A stretch of DNA of 63,608 bases, counting the filler. It is 4 parts of 4 records of this genome, joined end to end, with 100 filler letters (N's around TTAATTAATTAA, not from the genome) between each part and the next. Parts side by side here need not be neighbours in the genome. Positions count along the whole stretch, not along the records: positions 1 to 21,259 come from SRR31156797_15796; 3 more parts are not named here. The stretch is one strand, 5' to 3'. Positions 1 to 8,374 of the stretch are shown piece after piece; the first letter of the stretch is position 1, and each line of letters begins with the position of its first letter. The notes under the pieces are model-generated. The model was not told the DNA's origin. It worked only from the letters and a program-made list of their open reading frames with translations, and did not search any database. The position numbers were made by a program, and so were the translations under genes.

Positions 1-468
1 CGTACGGATATAGAGAAGTTCATGAAAGGACCGGCGAACCGATGCCATCACCGATTTGACGGTCCTGTCCAGCTTTATATGCGCAATCCGCGCCTCGGTT
101 TCCACCACTTTCCCCGCCTGGGTCAATTTTCCGGGGAAGGGAATCTTCTGATTCAAGCCGGCGACCCAGTCCTGAGGCCCTAAACGGGTTTCGATGGGTT
201 CGGGGAAATAGGTGAATTTTATCTCGGGATCAGGGTAGCCCGTGGTAATGCGGTACTGTTCAACGGTTTCCCGCCATGCTTCACGGACTTCCCGGATGGA
301 GGGGTTGTTCTGGTATGCGTAGGCGATGAGATTTTGAACCGTGACACGGCCCATAAGCGCGGGATCCGCACCCTCCGAGAGGCCGGGCGTGGTCAGACCC
401 ATCGATAGAACAATTGCCAGAACTGCGGAAATCATCCCTTTCATCGTCTGTTTCCTTTGCTTTTGCAT
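1..468 (-). CDS. TolC-family outer membrane efflux protein (heavy-metal CusC/CzcC-like), 5' part only, runs off the window edge
   Basis: Manual translation of the minus strand, not in the ORF track: MQKQRKQTMKGMISAVLAIVLSMG (signal-like)...LIAYAYQNNPSI...GYPDPEIKFTYFPEPIETRLGPQ...LNQKIPFPGKL. The 'ETRxGPQ' and 'QxIPFPGKL' motifs are typical of this TolC subgroup. Alternative start at 444. Confidence 0.8.
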   Translation of the reverse strand, partial: MQKQRKQTMKGMISAVLAIVLSMGLTTPGLSEGADPALMGRVTVQNLIAYAYQNNPSIREVREAWRETVEQYRITTGYPDPEIKFTYFPEPIETRLGPQDWVAGLNQKIPFPGKLTQAGKVVETEARIAHIKLDRTVKSVMASVRRSFHELLYIRT

Positions 469-855
469 CGGTTTATCAGATCGATCTTTCACCCAAGCAC
501 ATCTCGAACGGTTTCGGCCAGCCTTTTCATGGACAGGGGCTTCATGGCAAAGGCGGCGATTCCCATTGATCCGACCTTATTCTCCGAGAGGAGGGATTTT
601 CCCATGGCCTCTTCCTGTTATCAGCCTCCATGATGTAAGGCTTCAACTATCTCATTCCTTTTAATAAATCTTCTACGGAGTTTATCATGGGGTAAACGGA
701 AGCACAATTTTTATCAGTGTTTTTTTGGGAAGATGCCGCTTTATGGGAGATGGATGAAAAAGATTTGCCGGGAAAAATAATTCCCCACCCAACCGACTTA
801 TATAAAAGTTGATTTCTCCGAATCGGGTCATCTGGAAAAAATATTCGTTACAATT

Positions 856-902
856 GGATACTTTATATCCAGACAATGTATCCATCCGGATAGTAACTAT
901 CC
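856..902. promoter_or_regulatory. Pair of GGATA-N5-TATCC inverted repeats, putative transcription-factor sites
   Basis: GGATACTTTATATCC (856-870) and GGATAGTAACTATCC (888-902), 32 bp apart, in the divergent intergenic region. Confidence 0.5.
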
Positions 903-1095
903 ACCTCCCCGGGTGGTTCCGAATTGATTGATTTTCCATGCATCCCCGAAAATCGGTGTGTATGGAATTCATATGAATTTTAAGAACAATCGTGTCAAAG
1001 GGATGAAAATGCCCATTTATAGCGTGACAGTCCGCCTTGCTTCATGCATAAAATACTTGAATCATTCAGCGTGATGGAACCTGCAAAAAGACATG

Positions 1096-1111
1096 CGGCA
1101 TGGCGTTTGCT
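1096..1111 (+). promoter_or_regulatory. Putative sigma54 (-24/-12) promoter
   Basis: CGGCATGGCGTTTGCT: GG at 1097-1098 and GC at 1109-1110 match the TGGCACG-N4-TTGCW spacing, about 70 bp upstream of the ATG at 1179. Confidence 0.6.
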
Positions 1112-1178
1112 GAGCAATCAAGACGACAAGGGAAATTTCAAAAACCGAAATGGATCGCAGATTGGAAGGAGGCATATC

Positions 1179-2951
1179 ATGATAAGAGAAAACCGTTCCC
1201 GTCCCGGTAGCATCTTTGCAGCATGGGTGACCCTTATCTGTTTGACGGTGCTGTCCGTATGCGCCGGACCGCTCCCCGTGATGGCCGGAGACTATCTCAA
1301 GGTCGCCATCCTGAAAGAACCCAAGAACCTGAATCCGTTCCGGACCAGCGACGCATGGACAAAAAAAGTCATTCGCCTCATTTACCAACCCCTTTATCTG
1401 GTGGATCCCGATACCCAGACCTTGACCCCCTGGCTGGCCGAAGACCAACCGGTCTATGACGCCGACAACAAAACGGTCACGTTTCACCTGAGGGAGATGA
1501 AATGGGATGATGGTTCGGAATTCAGCGCCGAAGATGTGGTTTTTACCGGAGAAATATTTCAGAAATTTCGAATTCCAAGGTACTATGCTTATTGGGAATT
1601 TATTGAAAAAATTGTAGCTCTTGATAAACGAACCGTAAGGATAACGCTCAAAAGACCGATGGCCGTTTTTCCCAGACGCACTTTGAGCACCTGGATCGTG
1701 CAGAGAAAGAAATGGGAACCATTGCTCAAAAAGGCTGAAAAGAGCCTGGGAGAAGGAAAAGGCGGTAAACGTTCAGCCTTTTCCGAGGGCTTGAGAATAA
1801 TTCAAACCCACAAGGTCAGTGATCCCACAGGGCTCGGACCGTTCAAGTTCTCTTCCTGGAAAAAAGGAAAATATATCCTGTTGGTAAAAAACGACCATTT
1901 TTTTGGCCGGGGGAAGACCATTTCAGGGCATACGCTGGGCCCCTTTATCGACGGCGTCATGTTCAAAATCTTTGAGAGCCTTGCCTCGGCAACACTGGCA
2001 CTGGAGGAAGGTAGAATCGATTTTCTCTGGAAAGGGATCAGCCAGGCCTTTGTAAAGGATCTCGTGCCCAATCCGCATGTCAGTGTTCCCATGACATTGG
2101 ACCAGGGATACCGGTATCTTGGTTTCAACCTTCGAAAACCCCCCATGTCCGATTTGGCTTTTCGCCAGGCCGTGGCCTACCTCATCAACAAGAATTTCAT
2201 TGTCAAGCGGATACTTCACGACCACGGCCAACGGCTGGATGCCTTTGTGCCGCCTTCCAACACCTTCTACTACGATTCGGACACACCCGCCTATGGCGAA
2301 GGGATGGATCGAGAGAGGCGAACCCGGGAAGCCTATGGCATTCTAGCTGCCGCCGGGTATGGATGGGAGGTTCCGCCCCTGGATGCGAAAGGATCTCTGC
2401 AGAAAGGAAAGGGCCTCACAGGGCCTGGTGGCAGGGCTGTTTCCCATTTAACACTTATTACCACCACTGCTCACTATGACACGGAAATAGCGGCAACGGG
2501 AAAAATCATTGCGAGGTGGCTGGATAAATTCGGCATTCCCGTCTCCCGGAACACCATGTCATTTAACAGTCTTCTAACCCGGGTAAAAGTTAAAAGGGAT
2601 TTCGATATGTTTATTATGGGTTGGAGAGGGCTGTCTCTGGACCCGGATTATTTGAGACGTTTTTTTCATTCCGATTATGATGCGCCGAACCAGTGGGATT
2701 ATACCGGCTATAAAAATGCCCAATTCAACAAACTTGCCGATCTCCAAGCGGAAACGATTGACCTGAAGAAAAGGCGGCGGATCGTTTTGCGGCTTCAAAA
2801 CATTCTCTCCGTGGACCTTCCCATTATCCCACTGTATATTCCTCACCGAATGGAAGGGGTTCGGAACGATCGGTTTGCAGGTTGGATCAAGCAGGCGGGA
2901 GGGGTTGGTAACATTTGGACATTCTGCATGCTGAGACCTGTTCATCAGTGA
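1179..2951 (+). CDS. ABC transporter substrate-binding protein, family 5 (peptide/nickel type)
   Basis: Motifs 'EPKNLNPF', 'IYQPLYLVDP..TLTPWLAE', 'TFHLREMKWDDGSEFSAEDVVFT', 'GLGPFKF', 'GFNLRKPPMSDLAFRQAVAY'. Start moved to ATG 1179, which follows GGAAGGAGG; the ORF track starts at 1044. Confidence 0.9.
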   Translation: MIRENRSRPGSIFAAWVTLICLTVLSVCAGPLPVMAGDYLKVAILKEPKNLNPFRTSDAWTKKVIRLIYQPLYLVDPDTQTLTPWLAEDQPVYDADNKTVTFHLREMKWDDGSEFSAEDVVFTGEIFQKFRIPRYYAYWEFIEKIVALDKRTVRITLKRPMAVFPRRTLSTWIVQRKKWEPLLKKAEKSLGEGKGGKRSAFSEGLRIIQTHKVSDPTGLGPFKFSSWKKGKYILLVKNDHFFGRGKTISGHTLGPFIDGVMFKIFESLASATLALEEGRIDFLWKGISQAFVKDLVPNPHVSVPMTLDQGYRYLGFNLRKPPMSDLAFRQAVAYLINKNFIVKRILHDHGQRLDAFVPPSNTFYYDSDTPAYGEGMDRERRTREAYGILAAAGYGWEVPPLDAKGSLQKGKGLTGPGGRAVSHLTLITTTAHYDTEIAATGKIIARWLDKFGIPVSRNTMSFNSLLTRVKVKRDFDMFIMGWRGLSLDPDYLRRFFHSDYDAPNQWDYTGYKNAQFNKLADLQAETIDLKKRRRIVLRLQNILSVDLPIIPLYIPHRMEGVRNDRFAGWIKQAGGVGNIWTFCMLRPVHQ

Positions 2952-3056
2952 TGCAAAGAAAATCCCTTAGGGGGTTGGTAAATGCAAAAAGGAATGAGGG
3001 ATCGGCCCTGTCTCTTGAAAAATTGTCTGCCCCGACCGGGAGAGACAGTGTTTTTA

Positions 3057-3524
3057 TTATGTGGTTGTCATGAGAATATTGATCTGCTGATCGGTCATTT
3101 CCAGTCCGTGTTTAAAAATGTCCAGGGTCCGGTAAAAAACCCGGCGATTAATCCCTTGGGCCAGCACATTGTAGGTAAACAGGATCTGCCGTTTGTGGCC
3201 CCTGATCAGACGCCCCACCTTTAGTTTTTTATTGAGTAATGCCAGATCATCATCGTCCAGGAACTGGGCGCCGAATCGTCCCAGAGCGTAGGCTTGAAGG
3301 CTGAAACAGTCAATGGGGCCCATGGACAAAGGGATTCGGTAGAAAAATGCTGCCGCAAAAGAGAGGCCCATCTGGAAAACAAGAGATTCATCCCGATCCC
3401 GGATAATATATTCCCGCTCCTCCATCCAGGATTTGATCTTTTGTTTCAGTATGGGCGAGGGGGGTTCTTCCGGGAGGAAATTGATAAAGGCCCCGTTTTC
3501 CGATTCAGGGGGAAGAAATTCCAT
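3057..3524 (-). CDS. Hypothetical protein, possibly YbjN-like fold
   Basis: 155-aa ORF with a GAGGT RBS-like site that fills the gap between two real genes. The fold guess is weak. Confidence 0.5.
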   Translation of the reverse strand: MEFLPPESENGAFINFLPEEPPSPILKQKIKSWMEEREYIIRDRDESLVFQMGLSFAAAFFYRIPLSMGPIDCFSLQAYALGRFGAQFLDDDDLALLNKKLKVGRLIRGHKRQILFTYNVLAQGINRRVFYRTLDIFKHGLEMTDQQINILMTTT

Positions 3525-3641
3525 TCAATGAGACCTCGAATCGCCATGCAGATAATAGGCGTGTGTTGTTTTCCATGCCTCCATCAATTTCATATTCATT
3601 TCTCCCGCTATCTATGGTTATGGTTTCCATGGACTGTGCCG

Positions 3642-3670
3642 TTGACGTCAAAACACGGAAAGTATACACT
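3642..3670 (+). promoter_or_regulatory. Putative sigma70 promoter
   Basis: TTGACG-17 bp-TACACT upstream of the TIGR02757 gene. Confidence 0.55.
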
Positions 3671-3746
3671 TTCGGTGCGGTGTGAGTCCATATGGAAATC
3701 AGAAAATTAAGGTTCGTGAAAATTGCCCCTTTCCGATTGTCAATCA

Positions 3747-4526
3747 ATGTCCGTAAGCAAAGAGAAGCTGGACCAGCTCTTTTCCATGTACCAGAGTCGT
3801 CAATGGGTTCATCCGGATCCCCTTGAATTTCTGTATCTTTATGGTGAAGACAGGGACCGGGAAATTGTGGGGTTCATCGCTTCTTCTCTGGCTTACGGCC
3901 GTGTGGCCCAGATTCTCAAAAGTGTATCCGCCGTGCTTGAAAAAATGGGATCTTCCCCCCGGGACTTTGTCCTTTCCTCCACTGATAGAAAACTTGAAAA
4001 AGCTTTTGCGGGGTTTAAACACCGTTTTACCACATCAAAAGACCTTATCAATCTTCTGCGTGGCGCCAGATCGGTATGTAAACACTTTGGTTCCCTTCAC
4101 AACTGTTTTATGGAAGCCCACCGGGAACACCAGGACACGGTTTATGAGGCACTCTCTTTTCTGGTGGACGAACTGGGAAAGGCAAACGGCCGAACCTCCA
4201 ATAGCCTTTTACCGTTGCCGGAAAGGGGGAGTGCCTGCAAGAGGTTGCATCTTTTTCTGCGATGGATGGTTCGGAAAGATGACGTGGATCCGGGCGGCTG
4301 GGATGATGTAAGCCCCAGCAAGCTCATTGTGCCGCTGGATATCCACATGCACCGTACCTGTTCGCTGCTGGGTATGACCGCCAGAAAACAGGGGGATTTG
4401 AAAACGGCCATGGAAATTACACGTGCCTTCAGACAACTGGCGCCGGAAGATCCCGTCAAATACGATTTCGTACTTACCCGGCTCGGCATCCGTAAGGATT
4501 GTGATCCGGGGGAACTGTTTGGATGA
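3747..4526 (+). CDS. TIGR02757 / DUF2400 family protein
   Basis: Motifs 'DPLEF', 'DREIVGFIASSLAYGRV', 'SACKRLHLFLRWMVRKDDVDPGGW', 'LIVPLDIH', 'DPVKYDF'. Confidence 0.9.
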   Translation: MSVSKEKLDQLFSMYQSRQWVHPDPLEFLYLYGEDRDREIVGFIASSLAYGRVAQILKSVSAVLEKMGSSPRDFVLSSTDRKLEKAFAGFKHRFTTSKDLINLLRGARSVCKHFGSLHNCFMEAHREHQDTVYEALSFLVDELGKANGRTSNSLLPLPERGSACKRLHLFLRWMVRKDDVDPGGWDDVSPSKLIVPLDIHMHRTCSLLGMTARKQGDLKTAMEITRAFRQLAPEDPVKYDFVLTRLGIRKDCDPGELFG

Positions 4527-4554
4527 AAATCCGTACGGCTTTCAATTCCAAATT

Positions 4555-4594
4555 AAAAAAACAGAGAAGATGTTGACGGTTCGAACCGTCAACA
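4555..4594 (-). terminator. Probable intrinsic terminator of the minus-strand transcript
   Basis: Perfect 24-bp palindrome TGTTGACGGTTCGAACCGTCAACA (4571-4594), followed on the minus strand by TCTTCTCTGTTTTTTT, between convergent genes. Confidence 0.65.
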
Positions 4595-4676
4595 GGTGGT
4601 CAATAACGGTTAGCGAAAGTTCATGCGCCGGTCTATCCTCCTTACCAGGCGGCGGTTCACCCCGTAGCGTCTCCTT

Positions 4677-5567
4677 TTAAAGGGCCCTGGACCACTCCGG
4701 TCGAAGATCAATGTTTCCCGCCAGGGCGTTGTCGATCTGGGCCAGGGCCTCCTCCTTGCCCCGGGGCAACCGGGCCTTGATGGGCAGGTAATTGGAAGCG
4801 TGATTGGAAAAAAACATGCCCCTTGAAAGATTGGTGTGGGCGATCATCTCACGCAGTTCAACCAGGGTTTCCCGTTCGTTGAGCAGATGAAACTCGCCCC
4901 TTTTGTATTCATCATGAAGCGGTGTCCCCGGAATCAACATGACGGTGAGGGCCCCCACATAATTGGGATCCATGGCGCTCAAAACTTCGCCGGTGGCCCT
5001 GGCATGTTGAAGGGAAAGTTTCGGATCATTTCCCGCAATACCCAGGAGCACCGTAACGGAGAGCTTGATACCCGCTTCCCGAACCTTCCGGCCCATGTTG
5101 ATGAGATTTTGGGCCGTTGATCCCTTTCGAATCTTTTTGAGCAGGGGGTCATCGCCCGTTTCCACACCCAGATAGAGAATCCCCAGCCCGTTTTCCCGAA
5201 GGGCCTTCAATTCATCCGGACTTTTCATCTTGATCCCCTTGGCGTTTGCGTAGGCTCCCACCCGTTTCACCCAGGGGAGGTGTTCGCGGATCCGGTCCAG
5301 TATCCACATGAGCCGTTTCTGGGGAATGATCAGGGCATCCCCGTCCATGAGGAACACCCGGTCCTGCCGTTTCATGACCTTCGACGCAAATAAAATATCC
5401 GACAGGATGATTTTATCGTCCTTGATGGTAAATCGTTTATCGTTGTAGGTCCCGCAAAAGGTGCACTTGTTATGGGAACATCCCAAGGTCACCTGGAGCA
5501 GGATGCTGTAGGCTTCGCTGGGAGGCCTGATGCAGTTGCCGTCGTAATGCATCCCGTCACTTTCCAT
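4677..5567 (-). CDS. Radical SAM protein, uncharacterised 'RPPSEA' family
   Basis: CxxxCxxC motif 'GCSHNKCTFC' after 'IRPPSEAYSILLQVT'; also 'VFLMDGDAL' and 'FFSNHASNYL'. Start is probably 5567 or 5552. Confidence 0.9.
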   Translation of the reverse strand: MESDGMHYDGNCIRPPSEAYSILLQVTLGCSHNKCTFCGTYNDKRFTIKDDKIILSDILFASKVMKRQDRVFLMDGDALIIPQKRLMWILDRIREHLPWVKRVGAYANAKGIKMKSPDELKALRENGLGILYLGVETGDDPLLKKIRKGSTAQNLINMGRKVREAGIKLSVTVLLGIAGNDPKLSLQHARATGEVLSAMDPNYVGALTVMLIPGTPLHDEYKRGEFHLLNERETLVELREMIAHTNLSRGMFFSNHASNYLPIKARLPRGKEEALAQIDNALAGNIDLRPEWSRAL

Positions 5568-5587
5568 TTTTCCTTTTCTCCTGTATC

Positions 5588-5654
5588 GGGCAGGCACGGG
5601 GGCCTGCCCCTATGTTTTACTTGATGGCGCGCGGACACACCGGTCCGCACCTAT
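5588..5654 (-). repeat. Two REP-like palindromic elements
   Basis: Minus strand reads ATAGGTGCGGACCGGTGTGTCCGC and ATAGGGGCAGGCCCCCGTGCCTGCCC. Each is a GTAG-like head plus a GC-rich hairpin, resembling GTAG-class REPs. Confidence 0.55.
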
Positions 5655-6661
5655 CGGCGGCGCCAATGTACCTTCATGGCTTTTAGGGGATTTTTTGCCG
5701 AATCCATGACCGCCGTCGGTTCGAACCCGCTGTGGAGCATGCAGTGGGTACAGCGGGGATCACGACCCACGCCGTATTTTGACCAGTCCGTTTTTTTCAT
5801 CAACTCCCGATAGGTGGGTTCATAGCCGTCATCAATGAGATAGCAGGGCGTCTGCCAGCCAAAAATGTTCCGCGTGGGATTCCCCCAGGGGGTACAGGCG
5901 TAATCCTGCTTCCCTTCCAGAAAATCGAGATAGAGGCTGCTGTGATTAAACCGCCAGCTTTTATCTTTTCCCATGAGGAAGATGGATTGGAACAGCTCGA
6001 CGGCCTCATTCCGATTGAAAAAATGTTCCTGGTCCGGGGCGTTTTCATAGTTGAAAGCTGACGCAACGGTCATGGCTTCCACATCAAGAGACGTGAGCAG
6101 GTCAAACAATTCTCCCGCGCTTTTGGCGGTTTCCCCCTTGAAGAGGGTCGTATTGGTGGTGACCCGAAACCCCTGGGAAACCAGGAGCCGAATGGCGTTT
6201 ACCGCATTTTCAAATACGCCTTTACGGCCCACCCTTGCGTCATGACGCCCGTTGAGGGCATCCAGATGCACATTGAATGTGAGGTAAGGGCTGGGTTCAA
6301 ATTCATGAATTCGCTTTTGAAGCAGAAGCGCGTTGGTGCACAGGTAAACAAATTTTTTCCGGGACACAAAGCCCTTTACAATCTCGTCAATTTGCGAATG
6401 CAGGAGGGGCTCCCCTCCCGCGATGGAGACCACGGGGGCGCCGCATTCTTCCACTGCGGCCAAGCATTCCCCAGGGCTCATCCGTTGTTTAAGAATTTCC
6501 TCCGGGTAAGAGATCTTTCCACACCCTTTACAACGCAGGTTACAGTGAAAAAGAGGCTCCAGCATCAGTACCAGGGGAAACCGTCCGTTGCCGTTTGAAC
6601 TGAATCGTTTTCTGCCAACATAAGCGCCGATACGCGCCTTTTGAATTAGTGGTATTCCCAA
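5651..6661 (-). CDS. hpnH: Adenosyl-hopene transferase HpnH (hopanoid radical SAM enzyme)
   Basis: 'RFPLVLMLEPLFHCNLRCKGCGKI', 'ECGAPVVSIAGGEPLLH', 'CTPWGNPTRNIFGWQTPCY', 'DPRCTHCMLHSGFEPTAV'. TTG start with an AAGGAG RBS. Confidence 0.93.
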   Translation of the reverse strand: MGIPLIQKARIGAYVGRKRFSSNGNGRFPLVLMLEPLFHCNLRCKGCGKISYPEEILKQRMSPGECLAAVEECGAPVVSIAGGEPLLHSQIDEIVKGFVSRKKFVYLCTNALLLQKRIHEFEPSPYLTFNVHLDALNGRHDARVGRKGVFENAVNAIRLLVSQGFRVTTNTTLFKGETAKSAGELFDLLTSLDVEAMTVASAFNYENAPDQEHFFNRNEAVELFQSIFLMGKDKSWRFNHSSLYLDFLEGKQDYACTPWGNPTRNIFGWQTPCYLIDDGYEPTYRELMKKTDWSKYGVGRDPRCTHCMLHSGFEPTAVMDSAKNPLKAMKVHWRRR

Positions 6662-6717
6662 TACAACTCCTTGAGAGCTTTAGAACATATTCTATTATTA
6701 AAGGTTTCATTTTAAAT

Positions 6718-7470
6718 TTAATTATTTTGTGTTTCCATTTCACACATCCGTTTCATTAGATCCAGGGCCTGTTTCCACGGCTTTTCCCACTCATTACAAG
6801 GGGGTATGCGGATCAAAATCTGTCGTAACTGGTCACAGGCCGATCCCTGTTCTTCGTCTTCCAGGTAAGCCTCCGCGAGCCCCAGGCGATTTTCAACAAA
6901 ATCGGGGTCCTGTAAAACAGCCCGCCGGTAATGGACAATGGCCTTTTCCAGGTCCCCGATGCTCACGGGGGGGTCGGGAGCCCGCAGATAGAGTTCTCCC
7001 AGCATTCGGTCAGGGCCCCCATGATCCAGTTCAGGTTTTAAACGGGATGCCTCAATTGCACCGTGTTGGATGACCGGTACCAGGCTCAATCCTTTCAGGG
7101 GTCGGTTTTCAGCTTCCAGCCCGGCCAGGTAAGCGGCCAGGTAGTGGGCCGTACCGTTTTTCGGATCACGGATAATGGCTGCTTCGGCAATTTTTCGCCC
7201 ATTTACGGCATCTTCCAGCCGTAGTGATTTATCTTTTCCTCTCCGGGCCAGAACCGCATAACAGCGGACAGCCTGTAATGCCGCTCCCGGGTCCTGTCCG
7301 CTTTGCCGTTCCCACAAAAGCGCTTGGTTTCGGGTACAGGGTGACCACAAAGAAGACTCTTCCGTGGCCCCGGTTATTCCGTCCACAACCGTCCCATGCC
7401 GACCCTCCAGCGGGGCGCAGGCTATCAGGAACAGGAGGATAAGCCACAGACTATGGCATATAACACGCAT
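6718..7470 (-). CDS. TPR-containing lipoprotein, TRAP T-component / BstC-like
   Basis: Signal and lipobox MRVICHSLWLILLFLIAC; helical TPR-like motifs 'AHYLAAYLAG', 'PELDHGGPDRMLGELYLRAP..PVSIGDLEKA..HYRRAV..DPDFVENRLGLAEAY'. The start overlaps the upstream gene's stop. Confidence 0.7.
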   Translation of the reverse strand: MRVICHSLWLILLFLIACAPLEGRHGTVVDGITGATEESSLWSPCTRNQALLWERQSGQDPGAALQAVRCYAVLARRGKDKSLRLEDAVNGRKIAEAAIIRDPKNGTAHYLAAYLAGLEAENRPLKGLSLVPVIQHGAIEASRLKPELDHGGPDRMLGELYLRAPDPPVSIGDLEKAIVHYRRAVLQDPDFVENRLGLAEAYLEDEEQGSACDQLRQILIRIPPCNEWEKPWKQALDLMKRMCEMETQNN

Positions 7471-8290
7471 TATTATTTTCGCCCAGCCGGAATTGCAACA
7501 GATCCGGATCGGTGTCTCCAAAACCGTCGGTCTGCAGAAGGGCCAGGAGTTTTGAGGCATTTTCATCGTCTTTCATTCCCTGAAGCACACCGGCCAGTTT
7601 CTTCATGGTTTCATTGGGTGTTCCAAACCAGACCACCGGACTGGTGGGCAGATTCCGGGAAGTGTGTATGACCTTGATCTTCTTGCCGACAGACATGGTT
7701 CTAACGGTTTCATACTGGACCCGATCCAGCACGACCCCCGTGATTTTTCCTTTGACCAAAGAGCGTAAGGACCGCAGGGGACGAAAGGTCCCCTCAAGTG
7801 TGAAGGGGAGCCGGTCCGGAAGAAGTTCAAACAGCAGGCAGGAAACCGCTTTTTTTTCAAAGAGCATGTTTCCGAGAATTTCTCCCTTCAGGGATTGCCA
7901 GTCTGAAACCGCATTTTTGGGGCCCATCAGCCGCCACACGTCTTTTTTAAATCCCCCGGGCCTGGTGGCGGCCATGGGTATCATCCGGAAACCGGTGGCG
8001 TGTTGGGCGTAAACCCCCAGCTGCACAATGCCCCATGCCGGAGGCGAGGCTTCCAGGAAAGCCAGAGCCGGTTCCAGCTTATTGAAATACCGGCCTTTAA
8101 TCGTTACGTCAGCACCTATCTTCTGCTGAATATAATGGGCCAGGGCATCCATTACGGGAAGGGCTTCCGCGTCCGTTCCCGGCTGGCCCGGCTGGATCAC
8201 AACGAAATCCAGATTGCCTGCCTCAGCTTGCCCGGTTACAGCCCGGAGAAGCATGGCAAAAAGGAAAAGCATTGTTCCATATTTTTTCAT
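7451..8290 (-). CDS. Periplasmic substrate-binding protein, PhnD/phosphonate-binding-like (BstB-like)
   Basis: Signal peptide MKKYGTMLFLFAMLLRAVTGQAEA; 'DFVVIQPGQPGTDAEALPVMDALAHYI', 'LRSLVKGKITGVVLD', 'VIHTSRNLPTSPVVWF' fit a type-2 periplasmic binding fold. The family call is by eye. Confidence 0.65.
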   Translation of the reverse strand: MKKYGTMLFLFAMLLRAVTGQAEAGNLDFVVIQPGQPGTDAEALPVMDALAHYIQQKIGADVTIKGRYFNKLEPALAFLEASPPAWGIVQLGVYAQHATGFRMIPMAATRPGGFKKDVWRLMGPKNAVSDWQSLKGEILGNMLFEKKAVSCLLFELLPDRLPFTLEGTFRPLRSLRSLVKGKITGVVLDRVQYETVRTMSVGKKIKVIHTSRNLPTSPVVWFGTPNETMKKLAGVLQGMKDDENASKLLALLQTDGFGDTDPDLLQFRLGENNNACYMP

Positions 8291-8304
8291 GGCAACCCTT
8301 ATTA

Positions 8305-8339
8305 GCTCATAGCTCATGGCTCATGGCTCATGGCTCTTG
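8305..8339. repeat. Heptamer tandem repeat, (GCTCATG)x5, imperfect
   Basis: GCTCATA GCTCATG GCTCATG GCTCATG GCTCTTG, between hpnN and the binding-protein gene. Confidence 0.9.
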
Positions 8340-8374
8340 GTCAAAAAGAACCGTACAATTGCATGTTTCCGGCG

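Noticed and set aside
341-972. ORFs 341-664 and 685-972
   Set aside because: The first is largely antisense to tolC and the second overlies a regulatory region; neither has recognisable motifs.
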